19,434 nt of DNA from Octopus sinensis (Eukaryota): assembly GCF_006345805.1 (NCBI RefSeq), contig NW_021824262.1:1-19434 (forward strand), in the 5' to 3' direction. Every line of letters starts with the position of its first letter. Position 1 is the first letter of the stretch. The notes beneath the pieces are model-generated. The model saw only the letters and a program-made list of their open reading frames with translations, did no database searches and was not told the origin of the DNA. Below are positions 1 through 10,731 of the stretch, piece by piece. The position numbers were made by a program, and so were the translations under genes.

Positions 1-1630
1 AGCGAAATATTTTCATATAATACAAATCGATAGGGTTTTTCTAGAGATGTGGCAGTACTTGTCAGCATAATCTTTTGGATTTCTCTGGGATATGGTTCTC
101 CTGGGATATTATCCAGATGTTTCTGACATACCTTTCTTCTCATACCTAGGGCACCCAGAACAACAGGAACAGTTCTCGCTTTAACATATCACATCTTTTG
201 TATTTCAATTTCCAGGTTTTTATATTTACTTAATTTGTCAAATTCCTTTACAGATATATTTTTATGTGGGAACACTTACCTCTGTTAGTATGCAAGTATT
301 TTCTTCCTTATCTTTAATGACTATGTCTGGTCGATTAGCTTGGATCGTTCTGGCGGTGTTGAATGGAAAATCCAAGAGCATAATGACATTTTTACTTTCA
401 ACGACTGGCTCAGGGTGATGTTCATACCAGTAAGCGTATGAGTATTACTCTCCTGTAAAGCTCTTTTCTTATTTTTCCCTTCATAGTAGCATGTTGTATA
501 CCATCTCCTTCGTTTATCCCCAAGTATTTATAGCTTTCTTGTGGATCAAGTTCCTAGTGTCGGTATCTAATTTAATGGAAGCTGTTTGTTTAAGCTTGCC
601 TCTTACAAAAGTTGCTTTAGAACAATTATCAAGGCCAATACTACCTTGTAAGAATTTGAAGACGACAGGCGAGATCTTATATATCTCAAGAGCTTTGAGT
701 AGCCATTTTTGTGGGACACTATCAAACGCTTTCCTGTAATCTATCCATACCATACTCAGGTTCTTCTTTTTGCTCCGGCAATTCTCTACAATCATTTTAT
801 TTATGAGTAATTAATTTTTGCATCCATATTAATTCCTTTTACAACCTTTTTGAGCTTGTGGAAGGATAGAGATCTGTTCAAGGCAATTCTACATTCTTTC
901 AGTTAGTATCAATGTGAGGATTTGGTACGTGGTGTTGAGAAATGTTATTGGTCGACAGTTCTTTGGATGTCTTCAATTTTTGCTAAAAGGTATGTTGTTC
1001 CTTCGGTCAGCCAGGCAGGTATTTGCTCTGTATTCCGGATGAAATCAGTTAAGGATACAGCAAATGTTGGTGTACTTCTGTCAAACAATTCAATAAGAAT
1101 TTAGGGATCTGGTCGAGTCCTGGTGAAACTTTCTAAGAACACTTCTTAGCTCTTCTACCCCAATTGCTTCCCATTTCTCCAGTCTTGCTTTCACACGTTC
1201 TGTCCAGTGAGTTTCAGCATTATATTAATTTTTGTTCTTCCATATCTTCTTCCAGAACTCTTCCATTTCCTCAGTCTTGGGTGGCTCCTCTACTTCTATC
1301 TTGCTTTTGCCAATTTTCCTATAAAATTTCTTTGCTCCGTCTTGAATACTTTGTTTTGTCGATAAAATTTGATTCTTTTGTCATAACTTCTGAGCCGTTG
1401 GGCTTTCAGTTGTATTCGTTGTTTCACTATTTCCTTGGTTGCAGGGAGGTTTATAAAATCTTTGATTTTATACTTTTGCTTGATTTTTCAAACTTGTTTC
1501 GTCTTAACATTTACTCCTCTAGCAAGTTCATCACGAACTGATACATCCACCCACAAAAATTCAATTTTTTTTTGTATTGCTGCTTTCCACTTTGACATGG
1601 TTGCTCTTTTTCTGTGTCGTCCTGATATTA
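1..1630 (-). mobile_element. Degenerate, 5'-truncated, internally deleted RLE-type non-LTR retrotransposon (R4/Dong-like)
   Basis: Minus-strand translation across frameshifts: KKFYRKIGK..EEFWKKIW, SPGLDQIP, IPAWLTEGTTYLL, RPIT, QKGCK, WIDYRKAFDSVP (RT motif A), GLDNCSKATF, YKYLGINEG, then WYEHHPEPVVE..NRPDIVIKDK..EVSVP..KLSKYKNL..VPVVLGALG (PD-(D/E)xK endonuclease); stop near 13-15. Confidence 0.9.
514..795 (-). pseudogene. Reverse transcriptase fragment of the Dong/R4-like LINE
   Basis: ORF MIVENCRSKKKNLSMVWIDYRKAFDSVPQKWLLKALEIYKI; the QGD and YxDD motifs are absent. Confidence 0.88.
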
Positions 1631-1633
1631 CTA

Positions 1634-1688
1634 CTAATTATCATTGTTGTTGTTATTATTATTATTATTATTATTTTTTATATTATTA

Positions 1689-1720
<32 letters not shown>
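1634..1720. repeat. (TTA/TTG)n microsatellite, (TAA)n on the minus strand
   Basis: Seen directly; abuts the truncated 5' end of the Dong-like LINE. Confidence 0.95.
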
Positions 1721-2041
1721 GAAGAAGAAGAAGGCGACGGAAGAAGAGAGAAGAGAAAAAGAAGAATGAGAAAAGAAGGGAAGAAAAATAGAGAAGAAGA
1801 AGAAGAAAGAAGAAGAAGAGAAGAAGAAGAAGAAGAAAAGAAGAAGACGAAGGAAGAAGAAGAAGAAGAAGAAGAAAGAAGAACAAGAAGAAGAAGAAGA
1901 AGCAGAAGAAGAAGAAAGAAGAAGAGAAGAAGAAGAAGAGAGAAATAGCTGCTGTTATTGTTATACGAGTCGTTGGGACTGTTATAGCAGTTGTTGTTGC
2001 TGCAGTTGCTGTTGTTGTTGTCGTCGTCTGTCTGTCTGTCT
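1720..2041. repeat. Compound microsatellite: imperfect (GAA)n, then (GTT/GCT)n and (GTCT)n
   Basis: Seen directly. Confidence 0.95.
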
Positions 2042-2607
2042 TCCAAATCAGAGCAGATGCAAATGTAACTAAGCGATGTGGTTTTGAAGTAAAATTATAA
2101 AAAGAGCGATTGTCTTTACATTAAGTTCACTGAAAACACAAAGAGAAAAAGTTTAGAAATTTCGTTTTTTTTTCTTCTTTCTCAAGTTCATTCTTTCTTC
2201 ATTTGTTTATCCAATACTTTTCTTCAAAGTGAAAGCAAAATTCAATTCAAAAAACTCATTCGTTTTAAATATTATTATTTTTCAACTGAATCTTATCCGA
2301 TTCAATCTTCATATTAAATTTGATCTTTTTACAAATTATTTCAAGTGGTTCCTTATAAAGTATCTTTTCAGAAATTAATTTTTTTAAATCCTTTTTTAAA
2401 ATCCATTCTTCACTAAAATTATTTTTGAAAATCCATTCTTCTCTATATTCTGCACCTTCTTTTTCTTTCCCACTTCTTTTTCTTTCCCACTTCTTTCTCT
2501 TTCTTCCTACTCATCATACCAATGTCCTTCTTCAAATAATCTCCATGCAAAATGTTGAGTTCGAACTTAAGAACAAAACCATATTCGCTGGGGGGGGGGG
2601 GACTGGG

Positions 2608-2750
2608 TTAAGTCGATTCAATCGAGTCTAATATTAAATTAGTACATTACTTTATCGTCCACAGAAGGTAAATTTATCCTTTGCGGAATCAGAATGAGAT
2701 CTCATGTCATAAAAGGAAGTTAACTAAATACCACTCTACTGATTCCACCA
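2608..2750 (-). mobile_element. Old, diverged SINE fragment related to the SINE at 12957-13376
   Basis: ttaagtcgattcaatcgagt..tagtac..tttatcgtcc..gcggaat..aaatacc aligns in order with ttaagtcgattacatcgacc..tggtac..tttatcgacc..gcggaat..gaaatacc. Confidence 0.55.
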
Positions 2751-3030
2751 GTAATCTCTATACTTCCACTTGGTGGTGTATCGATTTTCTTTGTCTAGAC
2801 ACAAAGTCAATTTTCCAAGAGGAAACGGTATAATCGATTTACTTTAACCATTATGTGTTATTAATAAGCCCATGTCAACCTGATTCTGCAACCCTATGGT
2901 CAAAGGTGCTCTAACCATGGCAAATCCCATCCTTTCGCATACCTATAACATTGGTTCTAAAGTTTTTGTCTTTTTTTTCCTTAATAAGAGGCGAACTTAG
3001 CATGGAATTTTTACACAAAGCATAAAAACT

Positions 3031-3200
3031 AGGCTCAAGTGTAGCTGTGTGGTTAAGAAGCTAGCTTCCCAACAATATGGTCTTAGGTTCAGTCCCACTA
3101 AATGGCACCTTGAGTAAGTGTCTTTTACTTTAACCCTGGGCCGACCAAAGCTTTTGACTGGATTTGATAGACAGAATCTTGAATGAAAAGAAACTCTTTA
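3031..3200 (+). mobile_element. tRNA-derived SINE (head plus body) running into a (TACA)n tract
   Basis: A-box-like tagctgtgtgg, B-box-like ggttcagtcc, CORE-like accttgagtaagtgtctt, then a simple repeat. Confidence 0.7.
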
Positions 3201-3500
3201 TACGTACATACATAAGTGCATGCATACACACACATACATACATGCATACATACATACATACATACATACATACATACATACATACATACATACATACATA
3301 CATACATACATACATACATGCATGCATGCTTGCATGCGTGCATACATACATACATACATACATACATACATACATACATACATACATGAATGCACGCATG
3401 CATACATACATGCATGCCTGCACACATACATGCATGCCTGCACACATACATACATACATACATACATACATACATACATACATACATACATACATACATA
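3201..3500. repeat. (TACA)n microsatellite with TGCA variants
   Basis: Seen directly; source of the spurious HTYI/MYVC ORFs. Confidence 0.97.
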
Positions 3501-3501
3501 C

Positions 3502-4050
3502 TACATCCGTCTGAAGAATAACCCCGACAACAAAGAAATAAGAACCTACAGTATGGTAGAAGCCATAGCCACTCATAATAAAAAGGGACACTGGTGGGAT
3601 GTCCCAGTGAAGACCTCAATGAAATGTAAATTCAATAGACCTAATATAATGATTTGAGATAGAGACGAGAAACTTAGTGCAATTGTGGAAAACAGCTGCC
3701 CAGCAGATATTAACATAAAGCTGAAAATCAGTGGAAAAGAGAATACTTACGTTGAACTATTGAAAAATCTGCAGTTAAGAGTGCAGCTCTGTGTGACTTG
3801 GGTATTAAAAGTTCAGGCTTATACCTGTAATTATTGGGGCACTGGGATATGTAACACACTGCCTAAATACTAATTTTGAGAAATTAGGCTTTTCAAGACC
3901 AGAAAGGTGAAAGCTAGATCCAATCCATCACTGGAACTGTAAAAGTAAGTAAAATTTTCCAGAAGTTAATCATTTAAGTTTATCATTTAAGCATGTCTAG
4001 ATATGCAACTATGTGCATGCAGGTACATACAAAAACATACAAATCTACAG
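3502..4050 (+). mobile_element. 3' fragment of a second RLE-type LINE (endonuclease domain plus start of 3' UTR)
   Basis: HWWDVPVKTSMKCKFNRPNIMI*DRDEKLSAIVENSCPADINIKLKISGKENTYVELLKNLQL, frameshift, KFRLIPVIIGALGYVTHCLNTNFEKLGF, frameshift, IQSITGTVKVSKIFQKLII* (stop 3975-3977). Same motif order (WD..RPD..E..P..K..Y..PVIIGALG) as the RLE at 13-431. Confidence 0.82.
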
Positions 4051-4183
4051 ATACATACATACATACATACATACATACATACATACATACATACATACAT
4101 ACATACATACACACATACATATACACATACATACATACATACATACATATACACATACATACATACATACATACATACATACA

Positions 4184-4215
<32 letters not shown>

Positions 4216-4219
4216 CACA

Positions 4220-4251
<32 letters not shown>

Positions 4252-4291
4252 CACATACATACATACATATACACATATACACATACATACA

Positions 4292-4323
<32 letters not shown>

Positions 4324-4351
4324 CACATACATACATACATACATGATATAC

Positions 4352-4382
<31 letters not shown>

Positions 4383-4660
4383 CACATACATACATACATA
4401 CATATACACATACATACATACATACATACATACATACATACATACATACACACATACATACATACATACAGACAAACATACATACATACATACATACATA
4501 CATACATACATACATACATACATACATACATACACACATACATACATACATACAGACAAACATACATACATACATACATGCATACATACATACATACATA
4601 CATACATACATACATACATACATACATACATACATACATGCATGCATGCATGCATACATA
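4050..4660. repeat. Long (TACA)n microsatellite (~600 bp)
   Basis: Seen directly. Confidence 0.97.
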
Positions 4661-4849
4661 CTAAAATACCCTGTTGATGTTGTTGAAATTTCAATGAAGG
4701 AACCTTGGATCTAGGTTAGGAACCAGCTTTTTCTTTATTGGCAAGAAATCTTGAAGTAAAATTGAATAATATACACACACGCATACATACATACACATGC
4801 ATGTGTGTGTGTGTGTGTGTGTGTGTTTGCGTGTGTTTGCGTGTGTGAT

Positions 4850-5240
4850 CTTTTTTTGTGCACAGTTTGTGACAGATCATGCCATTCTTCTGCTGGGTTC
4901 AAGCCTCATTTGCGGACTCATGGAAAACGATCCTCTCCCTATATATTTGTGTACATTTTTCTAAGCTATTTATACCACAAGATCTACAAATCAAACGGAT
5001 GCTTCAAAAGACATTTTAAGATCCACAAAGGTCAGAACTTAACTGCAGCTCTTGGTGGTCCAAATCAGATATGCAATCTATGAAGGTGTCTTTTCAGAAC
5101 ATTGTCTGGTTTAAAAAGCCACATCAGATTCCATGATGGATCTAGGTATAGGTACAAGAGATGGTCAGACTCTGCATAAGAATGGGCAACAGACCATATA
5201 TATATATATAGATATATATATATATATTATAGTATATATA
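4850..5240 (+). mobile_element. Three degenerate C2H2 zinc fingers plus short UTR and (TA)n tail; probable 3' end of an RTE-like LINE
   Basis: One frame: CTVCDRSCHSSAGFKPHLRTH, YLYHKIYKSNGCFKRHFKIH (Cys residues lost), CNL*RCLFRTLSGLKSHIRFH. No TGEKP linkers; (TA)n follows shortly after. Confidence 0.65.
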
Positions 5241-5270
5241 TATATATATATATATATACATGACTATAAA

Positions 5271-5500
5271 TTAGAATAAAACCCACTTTAATCAATTCAA
5301 TAAACAAAATATAAATTAATACCATTTAGAAAATTACATATAGAAAGATTAAATATAAGATAAACTCTAACAATGATTAAGTAATGTGGCAAAATAATAA
5401 ATAAAACGTATATATTTGTAATAAAACGTATATAATTGTAATTTTTCTAAAGGCATATTTAATTTTATTATTGAATTGATGAAGGTGGGTTTTTTTCTAA
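5271..5500. repeat. AT-rich foldback element with ~65-bp imperfect terminal inverted repeats between (TA)n tracts
   Basis: 5271-5338 (ttagaataaaacccactttaatcaattcaataa..tttagaaaattaca) is the reverse complement of 5437-5500 (tgtaatttttctaaa..ttattgaattgatgaaggtgggtttttttctaa). Confidence 0.85.
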
Positions 5501-5634
5501 TATATATATATATATAATATATATATATTTTCATATAAAGTTAATCCATACAAGAAAACAACAAAAAAAACACAACGCGAGGACGTGGAACAAATAAGTA
5601 TTATTGACGCTCAGGAAAGAAGGGAAGAAGGAGG

Positions 5635-5667
5635 GTTTAACGTTTAGAGCAAGCTCTTCGTCGGAAC
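5635..5667 (-). ncRNA. Degenerate minimal type I hammerhead-ribozyme-like motif
   Basis: Minus strand gtt-CCGACGA-A-GAGC-tt-GCTC-TAAAC-GTT-aaac: CUGANGA variant, 4-bp stem II, GAAAC changed to TAAAC, palindromic AACGTT at stem III. Confidence 0.55.
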
Positions 5668-5844
5668 AAAGGAGAAGGAAAGATCCCGAGAAGGGAAGAC
5701 AGAGGAAAAAAATCGCCAGCGGTACACACGAGGTCACATTTTGAAAGACCGGAAGTAGAAAGGTGGAAGAATAATGTTTTTTAAAGACAAGAGAGTTTTC
5801 AAAGACTGTATGGTAGTATGTCAAAGACAAGGAAAGTGAGAGGG

Positions 5845-5916
5845 GGAATGTGTGTGGATGTGTGCGTGCGCGGAGGTCTGCGTGTGCCCGTGTGTGTGTA
5901 TGTGTGCAATGATGAT

Positions 5917-5954
<38 letters not shown>

Positions 5955-6940
5955 GTGTGTATGGCGAACAACTGGCTAGTAGCTGGCCAGTTTGTAAGAA
6001 TAAGGAGTGGTGTTTTTGTGTCCAGCCACAGGTCAAAACAAAGAGGTATGTGTGTGTGCGTGTATGTATATGTATCGTGTGTGTTTGTGTTTGTAGTGTG
6101 TGTGTGTATGTGTGTGTCGTTGTGTGTATGCGTAGAGTTTGGGGGTGTGGCGAGTAACTGTGCTTAACTTAGTGTATGTGTGCGTGTGTGCTTGTACGTG
6201 CGTGTGTGTGTATATATATGTATGTAATCATTGTGTTGCGTGTATGTATAATTGTGTGCCGTGTGTATGGGTGTATGTGTGGGTTCATTTGTGTGTGTGT
6301 GTGTGTATGTATGTGCGTGTAGTTGTGTGTGCGTGTATGTGTGCGTTTGTATGTGTGTGTGTGTGTGTAAGCGTATATGGATGTATATGCGTGTATCCGT
6401 GGGGTTGTGAGTTTTGGGTGTGTGCATTGGTCTGCGTGTGTGCGTGAGTATGTGTGCGCATGTTTTGTGTGCGTATGTGTGTGTGTGTGTCTGTGCTTAC
6501 ATGTGTGTACGTATGTGTATGTGTGCGTTCGCGTGTAGGTATGTATCGTGTGTATGTATATGTATCGGTATGTATGTGAATTTGTGTGTGTTTGTACGTG
6601 TGTATGTGTGTGTGCGTGTATTGTATATATATATGTAAATGTGTGTGTGTGTGCGGGTGTGTGTACGTGCGTGCGAGTGAATGTATGTATACATGTGCGT
6701 GTGTGTACAAATGTAGAGGTTTATATGTGTGTATATATATTGATGCAAACACACACTTTATAATTGAAAGATTGATGGAAAAAAATTGGTGTGGGTGTAT
6801 GTGAATCCATATGCGTATGCGCATATGTGTGTTTGACCGTGTGGACATCAGGGCATGTATGTATCCTTGTTTGTCTTTGCACGTGTGTGTGTGTGTGTGT
6901 GTCCATTCGTGTGTGTGCGTATGTGTGAATGTGTCTATGC
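5845..6940. repeat. Degenerate (GT)n-rich low-complexity tract with unique islands
   Basis: Seen directly; source of the CVCV/HTHT ORFs. Confidence 0.92.
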
Positions 6941-6967
6941 CTCCACGGGTCTTTGTAAGGAATGTGC

Positions 6968-8340
6968 CTAATTAGAGTATTTACTATTTAAAACCGCTTG
7001 TGTTTCGTTTATGAAGACTGACTCTCGTATCTGTCGTAGCGATGCGTCGTCCGGGTATCTAGACAGAATTTCTATGCTAATCCGGTTCAGCACACCACCA
7101 TGTTGTTCTTTGGCATGCTTGTAGAGTATCGAGGTTTGTCTTTGATCCCTGGACTTCCTCCGATGTCCATTTATACGGTCGACCAACCTTCTCGACGTTT
7201 CACCAGTATATGCAGTTTTCCCATTTTTACAATCACTATCCATGCAGTTTATTCGGTAAACTACATTTCTGGTTTTGCAGTTGACACCAGGGCTATATTT
7301 GCACACTATATTTGCCGATAGAGTTGTCTTTGAAGACGAAGTAGTTATTCTCCAAGATAAATTTTAGCCCTTCTATTACGAATTCTTTTTAATGCGATGT
7401 GAGAGTTCATTGGAGTAATTCTCTAGCCAGAATTGACTTACCTCTATTCCTAGACTGTGGGGGATATTGAAATAGAGGTTTTTTGTTTATTATTTTGGGG
7501 AGGTGATTGAGCATATCTAAGTCGTCCCTTATGTAGCTTTTGATAAGTTTGAGGAATGGTTTTAAGAGGGTATCTAAAAAGTTACTGAGGCGGTGGGTTT
7601 CGCATGCGGGACCTGCTATTATAGGTCTCAATTTGAGGTCATTAAGAGTAGGGACCTATTATGTCTGTGACTATCCTGTACGCCTTACTTATTATCTCAC
7701 TTTTGTGTATTTTAGGAATACCGTAGAATTGACTGGATTTACTTTTGAATTTGGTCATATAATCATATTCCTTGTCAGTGAGCCCCCCTCTGTATAGGTT
7801 TAACATGGGTTTTAGATTTCTCATGATTTTCTGCTGACTATAGTGTTGGGCCTTTTCATAATATGTTGTGTCTTCTAATATGGATAGTACTAGAGTTATA
7901 TAGTATACCGTGTCCATTAAGACAACTGCACTCCCTTTATCAGCTTCTTTGATTGTTATTGTTTTATCATCTTTTAATTTGTTTAGCTCTGCCCATTCGT
8001 TTTTGCTGAAGATTGGTTTGTGCTTTTGTTTGTGTATATGTTGATATGTGTAATTCGTGATGTATTCATAGAAATGGTCAAGAATTTTGTTATTACCTTT
8101 TGAAGGGGTGTAGTTACTTCTATTTCGGACTAACGATTCGTCCCCGTTGTATTTGTCGTATAGTTTCTCAGCGAGTCGTAATTTTCTACAGAATTCTGCG
8201 ACGTCTTCTTTCATTTCGTTGTAGTTTGGACGTTCGGGGGTGTAAACTTGAGGAAAGTATGTTGATTTGTTTTGCTGTTAGTTCTTTGAGAATTAGATTG
8301 ATGATTTTTATCACTTTTGGTTCCTCCTGTTTGTCTGGTG
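6968..8340 (-). pseudogene. Penelope-type RT / GIY-YIG endonuclease polyprotein remnant
   Basis: IINL..ELT..QINIL..LKFTP; EFCRKLRL; IKEADKGSAVVLMD; FYGIPKIHK; LRPIIAGPACETHRLSNFLDTLLKP; NLYFNIPH; LENNYFVF..YRQI; then NCKTRNVVYRINC..C..YTGETSRRL..R..H..RE..FI..LN (GIY-YIG). Confidence 0.93.
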
Positions 8341-8695
8341 CTATCTCGTATCTCTACGTTTGCGTATTGGGTCTAAAAAATGATTAAGGTGATTGAGACG
8401 GTAGCTGTTATGTTGTTGTTCCCTGTTGTTGTGAAGTACCGTTGTCATTTATGGTGCAGGTTCTTGGATGGGTATTGAAAGGTGTATCCCTATATCCCAT
8501 GTTAGGATGTGGTGCTTTACGGGGCCGTCGTTGGTAATTATTGCGTGTGGTACGGGTTTATTGTGCATGATTGTTTAGTAGATTGTTAGAACGAAAATTT
8601 CGTTGGTAAATTCTTATGGTGGGGAGGTTGCATTGTCTATCCTGCGGGTAGTGATTTTTCCTTTCTCTGTTTGATGTTGAGGTACTCCCGATGTT

Positions 8696-8768
8696 ATATA
8701 TATATATCACCGTGATCACCGTGACAGACCAGGCTATCAGATGTTGCTACACGTCGCTGGTCACAATT
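8696..8768 (-). mobile_element. Possible short 3' tail of a LINE/SINE ending in (TA)n
   Basis: Minus strand ..tcacggtgatcacggtga(TA)n with a terminal 9-bp tandem repeat; family not determined. Confidence 0.3.
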
Positions 8769-8778
8769 TACTGTTTCG

Positions 8779-8780
<2 letters not shown>

Positions 8781-8838
<58 letters not shown>
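8781..8838. repeat. (CT)n microsatellite
   Basis: Seen directly. Confidence 0.98.
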
Positions 8839-8841
<3 letters not shown>

Positions 8842-9605
8842 ATGTTCACATTCTCACAGAGTAATAGCTTGGTTAGATGTAAAACCATAACTACAAACTC
8901 TGTCAACAATTACATCTTTATGAAAAAAACTTTCGTTGCTTTTTCTGTTGTTTTCTCTAAACCATCGTGTCCGATATAGTTTGTTGTTAGATTTTGTTAG
9001 ATTAAAACCGTGACTTTTTCGGCCTATTTCTAATTATTTATTGTAATTAATTCCTATCTGAATTAATCTTGACAATCGACGGACGGCATTATAACAGTTG
9101 TTATACATTGGAAAGACCAGCATATATAAACAGACCAGGCCATGTGTTTGTGCAGAGAGACTCGATACATTTGTCAGACCACGGCTTGTTTTCTCTGCAC
9201 TGTCATGTAATTGCCTTTAGAATGAAAATGTTATTCATGCTGAAAATAGAACGAGTTGATAGATTGTGGAAGAAATGGTACATTGAAAGGGCGCGAGAGT
9301 GAGAAGCAAAATTGAAATGGTAGTGTTGCACAGTGTTAGGGAATGACGTAAGAAAGAAAGTAAATAAATAAATGATGTTATAGAAATAACGTGCGGTAAA
9401 ATGAAGTTTATAGACTGCATAAGCAGTAATGTTCCATATCTATGCATAATAGTCTATTTATATATGCTATTAGCTTCCATTATTGGCACATCATTTCAAT
9501 AACACAATTGTTATAACATAATATAGCTTTATCTGTCTATCTTATACACACACAAACACGCACACATATATAGATGTATGTATTACGAATGCATATATAT
9601 ATATA

Positions 9606-10514
9606 TCATATCTATAAAAGCATGATGTGTGTGCGCGTGTGTGTGTGTACGTGATTGTAATTTATGCACATCCACAAACTAGCACGCATCTCGCTCCAAT
9701 TTTAGGACATTCGTCAACACCCTATCTGGGTTTTGTCAACTTATTTTTTTCCCGAGGCACCTGCGAATTGCGTAAAAATCTATTTTCAACCATAGCTTTT
9801 AGCCATAAAAAATGTCAGCGATAGCTTTTTTGACGGCGTCTAACAAAAAAATAAGATAAAGAAAAGTGGAAGAAGGAGGCAGAGAGTTTCATGGGAAAGA
9901 CAAAGTGAGAGAGGGAGAGGGAGAGAGAGTAAGTGACGACGTTCATAAAAAATAAAAATGTAAAATGTTTTGTTTTTTGTTTTTGAAAGACACTATATTT
10001 TATAATCATAGTATATATACTTTCTCACACAACAATTACAATATATTTATTTCAAATCATTTATTTATTTTAAATCGTTCATGTTTCTCCCCCTCTCTCT
10101 CACACACACATTACTTTGGGTGCGAAAGAGTTTTGTTTATATTTTACGCCGAGTAAAAAAGTGTTTTGTTGACAATCCATTTATTTAATAACAAAGAAAC
10201 AAAGAGGTGAGTAACAATTTGTCAGTGAATTACACAATATAAATGGGTACAATTTGCGAGGCTTCCACCACACTCCACTCCGTTTCACTGACCAAAAAAA
10301 GGGTTTTGAGGCCAGAGTAGTTGATTCCACGCAAAAAAAACGATTTTTTTCTCTTAGTGAAAATCGTGCGAGTGTTAATCTACAAATTTAACATTTTTTT
10401 CAATCATTTCTGTTTATGAACATGCATGCGTCCACAAAACATGCAATTGGTGTACGTACGTACGTGTGTGTATGTGTGTTCGTGTCCATTGCCCATATAT
10501 ATTTATATTATATT

Positions 10515-10585
<71 letters not shown>

Positions 10586-10731
10586 ATAATATATAATATA
10601 TATATAATATAACTAATTTTAACGGATTTCACCCAAATTTGACGTCTATATTACTTAGTTTGGTTTGAAGTAAAGAACTTGATTAGCTTAATAATCGTAA
10701 CTTAATCCCGGGCAAGGCCAGGTATACTGCT

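Larger units (their letters stand above)
5530..8694 (-). mobile_element. Penelope-like element (probably Neptune-type): degenerate ORF, CA-rich 3' region and pLTR-like terminus, bounded by (TA)n
   Basis: RT + GIY-YIG at 6968-8340; hammerhead-like motif at 5635-5667 in the same orientation; (TA)n at 5500-5528 and 8695-8707. Linking the terminus to the ORF is an inference. Confidence 0.7.

Noticed and set aside
1435-2046. Poly-I/R/E/L/S ORFs
   Set aside because: Translations of TTA and GAA microsatellites.
3511-3545. CTGAAGA...GAAA hammerhead-like match
   Set aside because: No stem II pairing, and it lies in LINE coding sequence.
3125-4714. HTYI / MYVC repeat ORFs
   Set aside because: (TACA)n has no stops in any frame; only the unique end of 3220-3657 is real LINE-derived coding sequence.
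5531-6906. Cys/Val- and His/Thr-rich ORFs
   Set aside because: Translations of (GT)n/(CA)n repeats.
8840-9540. Unique-looking AT-rich stretch with short ORFs
   Set aside because: No recognisable protein motif, termini or splice pattern; possibly an unclassified repeat, but I cannot support a call.
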